From the NCBI GenBank assembly GCA_013416795.1, contig RQSC01000056.1, forward strand, positions 64,047-128,046: a stretch of DNA of 64,000 nt, given 5' to 3'. The first letter of the stretch is position 1. The number at the start of each line of letters is the position of its first letter. The stretch is from Prasinococcaceae sp. CCMP 1430 (Eukaryota; Plantae; Prasinodermophyta). The translations under genes and the position numbers were made by a program. The notes under the pieces were generated by a model. The model was not told where the DNA came from. It ran no database searches and saw nothing but the letters and a program-made list of their open reading frames with translations. This document shows, piece by piece, positions 19,959 to 29,948 of this stretch.

Positions 19959-21245
19959 ATGGCGAGCTCAATGTGCACGCCCGCAACCGCGGCCACGACA
20001 GCAGCTCATCGTACCCCAGGCCGTGCCCCCCCCCGCCGGATCGCACCGGCGGCAACGAGCCAAAGCGCCCTGGCATCGCGCGTCGCAGGCCTGAAGAACG
20101 AGGGCGCGTACGCGGTGCTCGCCGCCGCGCAGGCGCTCGAGGCGCAGGGCCGCGACGTGGTGCACCTGGAGATCGGCCAGCCGGCGTATCCGACGCCGGA
20201 CCACGTCGTCGAGGCGGGCGTCGCCGCGCTGCGCGGCGGCCAGACCAAATACAGCGCGCCCGCGGGCGTGGCCGCGCTGCGCGACGCCATCGCGGCGCAC
20301 GTGAACGCCACGCGCGGCCTGGACGGCGCGCAGGCCATAAGCGGCGCCAACGTGGTGGTGGGCCCGGGGGCGAAGCCGGGCATCTTCGCCGCCGCGCTCG
20401 CGCTCGTCGAGCCCGGCGACGAGGTGGTCTACCCCGACCCAGGCTTCCCCAGCTACGGCGCGGCGGTCGACGTGTGCGCCGGCGTGCACGTGCCCGTCGC
20501 GCTCACCGCCGACGGGGCAGGCTTTGACATGGACGCGCTGGAGGCGGCCATGTCGGAGCGCACCAAGCTCATCATCGCCAACTCCCCGGGCAACCCCACC
20601 GGCGGCGTGATGCCCGCGGCGGACGTGCGGCGCATGTGCGAGCTCGCCAAAAAGTACGACGCGTGGGTGATCAGCGACGAGATATACTCGCGGCTGGTGT
20701 ACGACAGCGCGGAGGGCGCGTGCCTGTCGCCGCTGGCGGTTGAGGGCATGGCGGAGCGCACGGTGATGGTGGACGGCTTCTCCAAGACGTACTGCATGAC
20801 CGGGTGGCGGCTGGGCTGGGCCGTCGCGCCGGCCGCCCTCGCGGAGCGCATGGAGCTGCTCAACGTGCACAACTACGGCTGCACGGCGACCTTCACGCAG
20901 GCGGCGGGGCTCGCGGCGCTCGAGGGGCCGCAGGACAGCCTGGAGGAGATGCGCGCCGAGTACGAGCGGCGGCGCGACTTCGTGGTGGGCGCGCTCAACG
21001 CCATGGAGGGCGTCCACTGCCCCGAGCCGGCGGGGGCTTTCTACGCCTTCCCGGACACGTCGGCCCTGGGCATGAAGAGCGCGGACCTCGCGTCGCTGCT
21101 GCTGCAGGAGGGCGGCGTGGCCCTGCTCCCCGGCACCGACTTCGGCGCGCAGGGGGAGGGCAAGCTGCGCCTGTCCTACGTGAGCTCGATGGCCGAGCTC
21201 GAGGAGGGCCTCACGCGCATGGAAAAGGTGCTGCGCGGTCTCTGA
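19959..21245 (+). CDS. PLP-dependent class I/II aminotransferase (aspartate aminotransferase-like, bacterial subgroup Ib type) with transit-peptide-like N-terminus
   Basis: HLEIGQP, NSPGNPTG, WVISDEIY, DGFSKTYCMTGWRLG (PLP lysine) and LRLSY. Confidence 0.92.
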   Translation: MASSMCTPATAATTAAHRTPGRAPPRRIAPAATSQSALASRVAGLKNEGAYAVLAAAQALEAQGRDVVHLEIGQPAYPTPDHVVEAGVAALRGGQTKYSAPAGVAALRDAIAAHVNATRGLDGAQAISGANVVVGPGAKPGIFAAALALVEPGDEVVYPDPGFPSYGAAVDVCAGVHVPVALTADGAGFDMDALEAAMSERTKLIIANSPGNPTGGVMPAADVRRMCELAKKYDAWVISDEIYSRLVYDSAEGACLSPLAVEGMAERTVMVDGFSKTYCMTGWRLGWAVAPAALAERMELLNVHNYGCTATFTQAAGLAALEGPQDSLEEMRAEYERRRDFVVGALNAMEGVHCPEPAGAFYAFPDTSALGMKSADLASLLLQEGGVALLPGTDFGAQGEGKLRLSYVSSMAELEEGLTRMEKVLRGL

Positions 21246-21400
21246 GACACTCGCCGTCGGACGCTCGCGTCGCGCTCGCCGGAGAGTCTATGTATACATG
21301 ACCATTCCATTCTCATTTCGGTGTAACAAGCAGCGCGAGAGCAAGAGAGAGACGCGAACAAGGCCCTCCTCTCGCGAGCAAGCGCTCGGCGCCTCCCGCC

Positions 21401-23902
21401 TCAGCCCACGAAGCGCATCAGCGCGCCCTCCAGCACCTCCTTGCACGCGCCGGCCAGCGACGCGTCCTCGGTCTTGATGGTACCCGAGGCCGCGTTGCCG
21501 GTGCAGTCCACGTTGAGCTCGATGAGCGCGAGGGACACCTGCCCGCCCACGCCCGCGCCGCCCTGGCAGTGCGCGTAGAGGAAGTACTTGTACGCGGGGT
21601 GCGCCCCACCCGACGCGATGCAGTTCACGCCGGCAGACGCCAGGTGCGTGATGAGCGGGCGCGGGCCGCCCGCCAGCGACGCGCCCCCACCCGCGCCCAG
21701 CGGCGCGCCGGCGACCGTCGCCGCCGGCTCCATCGCGCCCCACGCGGCCTGGAACGCCGCGGGCGCCAGCGCGGCGCCCTGCACGAACGTCACGGCCGGG
21801 CGCGGCGGCGAGGGCGCGGGCGCACCCGCGCCCATGCCGCCCATCCCGAGCAGATCCTCGAGCGGATCCGAAAGCGGCGGCGCGGGCGCCTGCCCACCAG
21901 GTGCCGCGGGCTGGTCGAAGCCGCCGAGCAGGTCGATGGGATCGTACGCCGTGCCCCCCCCCGCGCCCGCCCCTGAAGGCGTGCCGCCCGCGTCGTCCCC
22001 GTAGTCCGCGTCCAGGTCGAGCAGGTTGTTGTCAGCGAAGGCGGACTGCTCCGCCGCGCCGCCGCCCATCGCGCCTTCGTCAGGGCCAGCCTCGCCGCCC
22101 GCGCCAAACTGGTCCGCCGGATCGGAGGTGACGAACGCCGCCGCGGGCTTGTTGTAGATCACCGAAAGGCTGTTGAACTCCTCGAAGATGGCATCCCTGG
22201 CGGCTTGGCTCTGGCCCGAGGCGAACTCCACCACGGCGTCCTTCGGCGCGGCGATGACGCCGGACGCGTCGGTCGCCGAGTGCTGCAGGAGCCGATAGTA
22301 CATGAGGGCGCGGTCGTGCACGTCCATGTGCTCGTCCTCGCACCCGGCCGCCAGCACGCGCCCCAGCATGGCCTGGCACTCGGGCGGGCGCTTGAGGAAC
22401 AGCTTGGTCGCCGCGGCGAGGAGCTCCAGGCGCACCTCGGGCGAGGCCTCGTCCGCGAAATCGTCGAGCATGGGCTCGAGCGAGTACGGCGCCGAGGGTA
22501 TCACGTGGCCGAACTCGCCCAGCATCCACACGAGCGCGGCGCGAGCGGCGGGCTCGGTGACTGAGTTCGGGGAAATGGCCGCCGCCGCTTCGAGGATGTC
22601 GAACGCGCGCTCGGGGAACCGGCGCAGCAGGTCCTTGGCCACGATGAGCGTCTCGGACACGAGGTGCGGCGAGTCCGCGTCGAGAAAGCCCAGCAGGCGC
22701 TCCGAGATGCCGCCCATGTCCTCGGTGCGGAGCGCGATGGAGCCGATCGCGTGCAGCGACGCGCGCGCAATGGGCACGTCGATGTCCGCCGCGTACTCGC
22801 TGAGCTCCGTGACGATCTCGTACACGTTGTTTTGGTCCGCCACCTCGGCCAGCATCGAGAGCTTCACGCGCTTCACGTAGGCCGGGTCGCTGTACCGGCA
22901 GTAGAACTGCTTGTAGTCGAGCGAGAACAGCGAGGGCGCGCGCGACACCAGCAGCTTGAGGTGCGACAGCACCGCAAAGGCCACCTCGGGGCTCGCGGTG
23001 GACGCCAGCGTCAGCAGCGGCGCCTTGACGCGCTCGTACACCTGCTGGTGCACCTGCTCGATCTCCATGGTGATGTGCAGGAAGAGCTTGGTGGTGGCGA
23101 GCACGATGGCGCTGTTGGTGTGCGACATGCGGTCCTCGAGCAGGTTCATGAAGGCGAACACCTCGTCGGCGTTCTCCGGCTTGTACGCGCACACGAAGTC
23201 GATGACCATGCACTGCGCGTACTCGGAGAACTCCTTGATCCTGTTGAGGAGCGAGTACACCAGCGCCTTGGTGGCCAGCCCCTCGACGCCGCCCTCGATT
23301 TCCACCAACGTCGACAGGCAGTTGGCGACCACGCCCGCGTCGCGATCGCCCGTCACCATGGCGCGCAGGGTGTCGACGAAGCCCGCGTCGACGCACGCGC
23401 TGGGGTCCAGCGCGTAGAGCTTGAGCACGCCCATGGCCGCCGTCTTGCGCACGTAGGCGCTCTCGTCCTCGAGCCCCGTGCGCAGCGGCCCCACCAGGTA
23501 CTCGACGAGGTTGGGCACGCGCAGCGAGCCCAGCGAGCGCAGGGCCAGCCCGCGGATGGTCGGGTCGGGCTCTGCGCAGTCCTTCTGCAGCGCGTTCACG
23601 GTGAGCAGCGCCAGGTCGGGCTTGCGCATCGCGTACGTCGAGATGTACAGGTACAGCATCTTCTTCAGGACCGGGTCGTCGGCGCTGCACGCCATGATCA
23701 TCTCCGTGAAGAGCCCCGACACGTCGATGGAGATCGTCATGTACGAGATCACCTTGCGGAAGGTCTCTTGCTTGGCCTCGCGCACGCCCGCCTTGGTCGA
23801 GCCCGCGAGCGAGCGCAGCCGCGAGCGCAGCTCCTCAAGCTCGCCGCGCCGCTCGCTGCCGCGGCCCGGCGCGGCCTCGCCCGCGGCGCGCGCGGGAGCC
23901 AT
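21401..23902 (-). CDS. AP4B1: AP-4 complex beta subunit (beta-adaptin-like protein A)
   Basis: KVISYMTISIDVS...LKKMLYLYISTYA...DPTIRGLALRSLGSLRVPNLVEYLVGPL matches plant beta-adaptin A. Followed by a hinge with DLL motifs and a short appendage domain. Confidence 0.93.
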   Translation of the reverse strand: MAPARAAGEAAPGRGSERRGELEELRSRLRSLAGSTKAGVREAKQETFRKVISYMTISIDVSGLFTEMIMACSADDPVLKKMLYLYISTYAMRKPDLALLTVNALQKDCAEPDPTIRGLALRSLGSLRVPNLVEYLVGPLRTGLEDESAYVRKTAAMGVLKLYALDPSACVDAGFVDTLRAMVTGDRDAGVVANCLSTLVEIEGGVEGLATKALVYSLLNRIKEFSEYAQCMVIDFVCAYKPENADEVFAFMNLLEDRMSHTNSAIVLATTKLFLHITMEIEQVHQQVYERVKAPLLTLASTASPEVAFAVLSHLKLLVSRAPSLFSLDYKQFYCRYSDPAYVKRVKLSMLAEVADQNNVYEIVTELSEYAADIDVPIARASLHAIGSIALRTEDMGGISERLLGFLDADSPHLVSETLIVAKDLLRRFPERAFDILEAAAAISPNSVTEPAARAALVWMLGEFGHVIPSAPYSLEPMLDDFADEASPEVRLELLAAATKLFLKRPPECQAMLGRVLAAGCEDEHMDVHDRALMYYRLLQHSATDASGVIAAPKDAVVEFASGQSQAARDAIFEEFNSLSVIYNKPAAAFVTSDPADQFGAGGEAGPDEGAMGGGAAEQSAFADNNLLDLDADYGDDAGGTPSGAGAGGGTAYDPIDLLGGFDQPAAPGGQAPAPPLSDPLEDLLGMGGMGAGAPAPSPPRPAVTFVQGAALAPAAFQAAWGAMEPAATVAGAPLGAGGGASLAGGPRPLITHLASAGVNCIASGGAHPAYKYFLYAHCQGGAGVGGQVSLALIELNVDCTGNAASGTIKTEDASLAGACKEVLEGALMRFVG

Positions 23903-24558
23903 GCTGGGCAGGGGGGGAAGCCGCGCCGCGCCGCACCGAGAAAACCGCGCGCTCCCGCCCCGCGCCGCGCCGCCCCCCCTTTTCCTCCCACTCGCGCGCG
24001 AGAGAGCGAACGACCGAGCGAAAGAGAGGAAAAAAAGGACCAGCGAAGGGCGAACGCGGGGGGCAGCGCCCGACGAGGCCTCCGCAGAACGGCACCCCCC
24101 TACCCCACCACCTGGCAGCCCCGCGCGCTCACGCGCGCGCTCTGTGGCGTGTGCCACGCTGCAGGCCGCCTTCGAGCGCCTTCACGTGCGCGCGCGCAAA
24201 ACGCTCGCGAACCCCCGCCTCTCAAATTAATGCGTTTTGACCTAGATCGCCCGTGGGTTATTTCACCTCAAATTGAAAGCTAATGGGGGAAGCAGAGGAA
24301 CGGGGGGGTGTTGAAGCGCGAGAGCGTGCGCCGCAGCAGCGCCACAGCGCGGGCGCCGCAGCGCGTGGGCATAGAGGCGAGGGGCTCGGCGGGCCAGAGA
24401 CTGGAGCGCGCAGGGTGGAGGCTCAGCGGCGCTCGCGTGCGTTTCGCTGCTTCTCGCGCGTGCGCTCGCGAGCTCTCGCCCGCAGCAAGGGGGGGGGGCG
24501 TGGCCGTCGCGAAGCGCGCGCGGCGCCTCCGGCTGTTGGCCGCTCGCGGCGACGCGAC

Positions 24559-26202
24559 ATGGACGCGGCGATGGCGCTGCTGGCGGACGCGCGCGGCCGT
24601 GCGAACAGGCGCCTTGCGGGGTACGACGCGGCCACTGCGGCGGTCATCGGCGCAGCGGCGGCACTGGGCGCGCGCTGGGCGCTTGCCACGCTCGCGGAGG
24701 CGGAGAAGTCCGTGCGCGCCAAGGGCTTGAAGATGGCGTCCACCGAGGCCGCCATCGCCCTCGCGATGGCCGTCCCCGGCGTCGCCGCGTTCAAGGCGCG
24801 CGAGCAGGCCAAGGTCCTGGCGAAGATGCACAAGGACAAGCCGCCGCGGGAGGACGCCCTCTTCGAGCTGCCCGCGGGGCGCAGCGCCGGGGAAGTCGCG
24901 AGCGCGCTCGGCGCGATGAAGGACATGGACGCGGCGTGGCAGGCGCGCACCTCGGGCACGGTGTACATGGGCAGCGAAGGAATGGCGGAGCACGAAGAGC
25001 TCGTAGGCAAGGCGGTCACGCAGTTCCTGCACAGCAATCCGCTTCACGGTGACCTCTTCCCCTCCGCGCAGCGCTGCGAGGCCGAGGTTGTCGCCATGTG
25101 CGCGTCGCTGCTTCACGGGGACGTCCGCACCACCGGCGTGGTCGGCAACATGACGTCAGGCGGCACCGAGTCAATTTTGATGGCGGTCAAGTCCGCGCGC
25201 GACTACGCGCGACAAACTCGCGGCATCACGGATCCGGAACTCGTCATGTGCGAGAACGCGCACCCGGCGTACGACAAGGCCGCGTCCTACTTCGGCCTCC
25301 GGGTCGTTCGCACGCGCGCGCGACCCGGCGCACTCGATGCCGATCCGGCGGCGATGCGCCGGGGCTGCTCGCGCAACACCGTGTTGCTCATCGCGAGCGC
25401 GCCGTCGTATCCGCACGGCGTCGTGGACGACGTCACGGAAATCGCGGCCACCGCGAAGAGCCTCGGGGCGTGCTGCCACGTCGACTGCTGCCTCGGAGGC
25501 TTCGTGGTGCCCTTCGCCAAGGCGGCCGGCGTGGACCTGCCGCCCTTCGACTTCGCCGTCCCGGGCGTCACCAGCATCTCCATAGACACGCACAAGTACG
25601 GCCTGGCACCCAAGGGCTCGAGCGTCGTGCTCTACCGCAGCAAGGAGCTCCGTCGCTGCATGTTCAGCGCCGCAACGGAGTGGACCGGCGGCCTCTACGT
25701 GAGCCCGTCGGTGGCCGGGAGCCGCGTGGGAAGCCTCGTGGTGGGCGCGTGGGCCGCGCTCGTGCACGTCGGCGCCGACGGCTACGCCAGCAACGCCAAG
25801 AAGATCCTGGACGCCGCCAAGCAGATGGCCCAGGGCATCGCCAAGATCGACGGCCTCGAGATCGTCGGGCGACCAGACGCGATGGTGGTCGCGTTCGGCT
25901 CGGTTGACCAGAAGGCGCTCGACATCTTCAAGGTCAACGACGCGCTGGCGGACAAGGGCTGGAGCCTCAATCCGCTGCAAAAGCCGTCGGCGCTGCACTT
26001 CTGCCTCACAATGCAGCACGTCGACGGCGCTGTTGATGACTTCCTTCGCGACCTGGCGGAGTGCGTGGCCTACGTGCGCGCGAACCCCAGCTGGGACGGC
26101 TCCGGCATGGCCCCAATCTACGGCATGGCGACCGCCATGCCCGACCGAGGCGCCATCGCGGATTTGTTGACCTACTACATGGACTCAAGCACGGACGTCT
26201 GA
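24559..26202 (+). CDS. DPL1: Sphingosine-1-phosphate lyase
   Basis: N-terminal membrane anchor, then SGTVY, NPLHGDLFP, TSGGTESILMA, CHVDCCLGGF, SISIDTHKYG (PLP lysine) and C-terminal APIYGMA. Confidence 0.95.
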   Translation: MDAAMALLADARGRANRRLAGYDAATAAVIGAAAALGARWALATLAEAEKSVRAKGLKMASTEAAIALAMAVPGVAAFKAREQAKVLAKMHKDKPPREDALFELPAGRSAGEVASALGAMKDMDAAWQARTSGTVYMGSEGMAEHEELVGKAVTQFLHSNPLHGDLFPSAQRCEAEVVAMCASLLHGDVRTTGVVGNMTSGGTESILMAVKSARDYARQTRGITDPELVMCENAHPAYDKAASYFGLRVVRTRARPGALDADPAAMRRGCSRNTVLLIASAPSYPHGVVDDVTEIAATAKSLGACCHVDCCLGGFVVPFAKAAGVDLPPFDFAVPGVTSISIDTHKYGLAPKGSSVVLYRSKELRRCMFSAATEWTGGLYVSPSVAGSRVGSLVVGAWAALVHVGADGYASNAKKILDAAKQMAQGIAKIDGLEIVGRPDAMVVAFGSVDQKALDIFKVNDALADKGWSLNPLQKPSALHFCLTMQHVDGAVDDFLRDLAECVAYVRANPSWDGSGMAPIYGMATAMPDRGAIADLLTYYMDSSTDV

Positions 26203-26377
26203 GGCGATACTACAGTGTACAGTACGCGTCGCGCGTCGCCTGCGGCATGCACACCGTTGTCACGCATGTACACTTTTGTTTTGCACGCATCGTCGCGCGA
26301 CGCCGCGCGCTCAAGCTGGGTCTCGCGCAGTGGTACAAAAGATAAAAGGTGTATGTATACAAGCGATGCCCGCGCAG

Positions 26378-28195
26378 TCACTTCTGCGTCCAGGCGTGCG
26401 CCAGGCGCAGGTGTTCGTCGCGAGCCTGCTGCCCGCCCGGCCCGCGGTACTTGCGCCCGAAGGTGTCCAGCGCTGTGAGTAATTCCATCCTGTCGTCGTC
26501 CTGGAGCGAGAGCTCGACGACACCCACCTGTGCCACCCACAAAATTGCCAATTCTGCGTGCGTGTCGTCCAACACCATGCTCCCGAGGCGCTTCACCACC
26601 GCTCCGCCGGTCTCAGGCGTGAGCTTGTGCAGGCACGGGTCCACGCGGCCGAGCAGTCGAACCAGGGCGGAGTCGCTGCCGCGCTGCGAGTTGAGCGCCT
26701 CATGGAACGCCGCGTTCAGATTGCCCTGTTCAAGGTGGGCCAGCACGCGCTGCCAGGGCGTGTGCCCGGAGCCAAAGCCGGAGCCCGCACCTGACGACGG
26801 CCCAGGTGGCGCATGCGTGCCCACCACCGGTGGGCGAGCCTTGCCAGGAAACGCGTTCTCATCCAAATGCGCGCCAACGCTGCCATCGACAACCCGTCCG
26901 CCCTCGGCCTCCGATGGCATCGCCCTCCCTCCCCTGGCAGTGAACGCACGAACCTCCCTCTCGAGCGTGTCCACCCTCGCCTCCACCCCGGACATGGCCA
27001 CCCGTGTGCTCGTGCTGAATTCCGCGACCATTTGAAGCAGCTCATCCTGCTGCGCGGCCAGGCGCCGCAACTCGACGAGGATGTCTGTCGCATCCGACTG
27101 CGAGAGTCCATCCATGCGGAGCGCGGGGGCAGGTGGAGCCTCTGGTTCAGGTTGTGGTTGTGGTTGTGGTTGTGGTCGTGGCTCAGGCTCAGGCTCTGGC
27201 TCAGGCGAAGCGTCCCTTTCATCTGGCTTCGCTGCAACCTCTGGCTCATTGACGGCCTCAGTAGACACATCTGCGCGCACGTCCTCTCCCAACACGAGCT
27301 CTGGCTCCAGTGCGTTGCCGATGACAGGCCCCTCACTGATCTCCCCCTCGGGAGGCAGCGCGGACACGACGAGAGGCACATCGCGCTTGTGGAAGAAGGC
27401 GTCATTGGGCTTCATCTGCAGCGCCGACCGCGCCCGCCGGCCGCGAGACGAAAGTCCGCCTCTGCTATCGTCTTCGTCGTCGCCACCGTCGACCCCGACC
27501 AGTCGCTCTACAGCGCGAGTGGCCTCGGTGACCGCGCTGCGCACGCTCGCGACGCGGTCATATCGAGCGCCTTCCAACGCGCTTCGCGCCTGCGACGCGT
27601 AACGCAGGAGGTCGTGCGGCAGGGAGGACGCCATCTCGACGATGAGCCGCGCGCCCGAGCGGCGAGCGGCGAAGTCCTTCGGGTCGGCCAGCGCTTGCTC
27701 CGCGAGCCGCAAGAGAGTGCCGGCGTGCGCCTGCGCCTCAGCTCCGAGCGCCAGGAGCGCGCCAAGCGCGTCGAGCGCCTCGCGCCTCGCGCCGAAGACG
27801 GGGCGCTCGACATGGCGCAGCAGCTTGGGGAACGCCGCCGTGGCCGAGCTGCGCCGCGCCGAGTCGCTCACGGTCGCACCGATCATGGCAGTCAGGCAGT
27901 GACAGGCGGTGGCCTGAATGGCCGGATCAGAGTCGTGCATCGCTTCGATGAGCGGCCGCCAAAGCGCTTCGAGCTCGCCCGCGCTCGACCCCGCGGCGCC
28001 GCTCGCAGCGAGCGCGGCGAAGGCATCGGCGCACGCATCGCTGACGGGGTCGCGCTGCTCGGCTGACCCGCTGCGCGTGCCCCCCCGCACGGTCCCCTTG
28101 AAGTGCCGCAGCAGGTGCGCCACGAGCCGCGGCACGTGCGCCGCGAGCGCGCGGCCTTTGGTGCGCGCGAGCGCAGCGAACGCGCCAAGTAGCTG
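26378..28195 (-). CDS. TORTIFOLIA1/SPIRAL2-like HEAT-repeat microtubule-associated protein (5' exon unresolved)
   Basis: HEAT region with DPVSDACADAFAAL, DPKDFAARRSGA and LEGARYDRVASVRSAV. Central coiled coil LRRLAAQQDELLQMV...VEARVDTLE. C-terminal WQRVLAHLEQGNLNAAFHEAL...LVRLLGRVDP. This is the SPR2 architecture. Confidence 0.75.
   Translation of the reverse strand, partial: QLLGAFAALARTKGRALAAHVPRLVAHLLRHFKGTVRGGTRSGSAEQRDPVSDACADAFAALAASGAAGSSAGELEALWRPLIEAMHDSDPAIQATACHCLTAMIGATVSDSARRSSATAAFPKLLRHVERPVFGARREALDALGALLALGAEAQAHAGTLLRLAEQALADPKDFAARRSGARLIVEMASSLPHDLLRYASQARSALEGARYDRVASVRSAVTEATRAVERLVGVDGGDDEDDSRGGLSSRGRRARSALQMKPNDAFFHKRDVPLVVSALPPEGEISEGPVIGNALEPELVLGEDVRADVSTEAVNEPEVAAKPDERDASPEPEPEPEPRPQPQPQPQPEPEAPPAPALRMDGLSQSDATDILVELRRLAAQQDELLQMVAEFSTSTRVAMSGVEARVDTLEREVRAFTARGGRAMPSEAEGGRVVDGSVGAHLDENAFPGKARPPVVGTHAPPGPSSGAGSGFGSGHTPWQRVLAHLEQGNLNAAFHEALNSQRGSDSALVRLLGRVDPCLHKLTPETGGAVVKRLGSMVLDDTHAELAILWVAQVGVVELSLQDDDRMELLTALDTFGRKYRGPGGQQARDEHLRLAHAWTQK
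27140..27205 (-). repeat. Hexanucleotide repeats encoding a (PE)n/(PQ)n linker in the SPR2-like protein
   Basis: (GGTTGT)n and (GGCTCA)n on the + strand; protein EPEPEPEPRPQPQPQPQPEPE. Confidence 0.85.
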
Positions 28196-28643
28196 ACCTC
28201 TCGCCCCCCACCCCCACCCCTGAGCGCCTCGCCCCCGCAGCGGGGCGCACGCGCTGTGGCGCGCGGTCAAAATCGAACGCGCGCTCGCCGCCGCCGCCCC
28301 CGCCGAAACGAAACACCCTCGATTTCATCAGGAAATGCCCAAACCTCACCACCGCTTCGCCGAGCGTCTCACGCGCATGAAACCGCAAAAATGACCCGCG
28401 CGAACGAGGACACCCCCCTTCGATCCATCGTCGAGACCGCGGCTCAGACAGACCGCACACGCAGAAAGAGAGAGCACGTCAAAAGGTGTTGCTACAAAAA
28501 GTAGATGCATTTTGATATGGGGCTGTGAGATTGGATGGCGTTCGGTCGGTCGTAACTGCCACGTGGGCAAGCGTGCGGCGCGCGCGTGCGGGCGCCGGCG
28601 CCACACGCGGCCCGCGGGCCGCACGGGCGCGGCTCCCGGGCTG

Positions 28644-28668
28644 TCTCTCTCTCTCTCTCTCTCTCTCT
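28644..28668 (+). repeat. (CT)n microsatellite upstream of the MOSC gene
   Basis: TCTCTCTCTCTCTCTCTCTCTCTCT, about 85-110 nt before ATG 28753. Confidence 0.9.
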
Positions 28669-28752
28669 GTCTCCCTCGCGCGCTCTATCTCTGTGTGGAC
28701 CTAGCCTCGCGTCGCCTCGCCTGGCGCGCGCCAGGTCTGTGGTGAGCGCGCG

Positions 28753-29616
28753 ATGGCGCGGCCGCGTGAGGTTGCGGGCGACTGCGGCGACTGCGAGCAG
28801 GAGGCGGGCTGCCAGGCGCACCTGGGGACGATCGGCCGACTCTCGCGAAGCGTTGAGGCGCGGCCGCTGCCGCCGATCGACGGCGAGCCGGGTGCGGTGT
28901 CCTACTACATGCGCGAGGATGCGCCCGAGCTGAGGCTGGTCACGAGCGAAGGTATTGCCGGTGACCGGCGCCTCTCGCCGAGCCACCTGACCCGAGCTCG
29001 CGATATACTGTTCGTGGACCCGGAGACGCTCCGCCGAATTCGGAGCGATCAAGCCGACGATGCCGGAGATACGAAGGACAGCGACGACGCGACCATGGTC
29101 GGCCAGAACGTCACGCTCAATGAGGGTGCGCGCATCGCGGAATGGTGCGTCGGCGATGAGATCCGCGTCGGCCGCACCGCCGTGGTGCGCCTCACAAGCT
29201 GCCGCCGGCCCTGCCCCAAGAACGACAACGCGCACGGCGCTGGCGCTTGCCAGCGCATGCACGAGGGTGCGCTCGGCGGAGTATTTGGCACTGTCATAGC
29301 GGGTGGGGTCGTCCGTGTGGGCGACTCGATCAGCCTTTTGCGGCGGATCTCACCTCGTTGGACGTGCGTCGGAGTGCACCTGGCGCTCTACGGCAGCACG
29401 CCCGAGATCAGCCCGGCCGTCCTGCGGGAGATCGCGCGGCTGCCGCACCTCGAGGGCCCGCGGTACAGGGACGTCGCATTGCGGCGAGCGCAGCAAGCAG
29501 AAAAGTCAGATCCATCTCCCTGGATGGACTTTCTGAGCACCCGCGCAGCCAGGTCGGTGATCCTGCTGGCGGCATGCGCGCTTGGTTGGACGCTCGGCGG
29601 ACGAGCTGGGAGCTGA
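28753..29616 (+). CDS. MOSC-domain protein (YiiM-like) with C-terminal hydrophobic segment
   Basis: GIAGDR...GQNVTL...CVGDEIRVG...LTSCRRPCPK...GGVFGTVIAGGVVRVGDSI is the MOSC signature with the conserved Cys. C-terminal VILLAACALGWTLGG. Confidence 0.8.
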   Translation: MARPREVAGDCGDCEQEAGCQAHLGTIGRLSRSVEARPLPPIDGEPGAVSYYMREDAPELRLVTSEGIAGDRRLSPSHLTRARDILFVDPETLRRIRSDQADDAGDTKDSDDATMVGQNVTLNEGARIAEWCVGDEIRVGRTAVVRLTSCRRPCPKNDNAHGAGACQRMHEGALGGVFGTVIAGGVVRVGDSISLLRRISPRWTCVGVHLALYGSTPEISPAVLREIARLPHLEGPRYRDVALRRAQQAEKSDPSPWMDFLSTRAARSVILLAACALGWTLGGRAGS

Positions 29617-29948
29617 CAGACGCGGTCGAGGTCGGCTTCGCGACCAGCTCGCACGCGGCGAGCGCCTCCAGAGGGGCATCGCCGGCGGTTCCGACGTCTC
29701 TTGGCTACAGCCCGAGCCCTCCGCCCCCCGCTCGCTCGCCCGCGCGCCGGCCACGGAGAGCCGGCGGAGGTATGGGTACTGCTTGAGCTCTGGCGGCCTT
29801 CGTGCCAACATTCGACGTAAGATTTGAACGACCGCACTTTCATTTTGACCACTTCCAATTTTGAATATACCGTGATACGGTGTTTTCAATTTGATCAGGA
29901 AAAGATCGGAAGCTTTTTGTCCTGGCAGTCTTGTTTTGATTGCATTGT

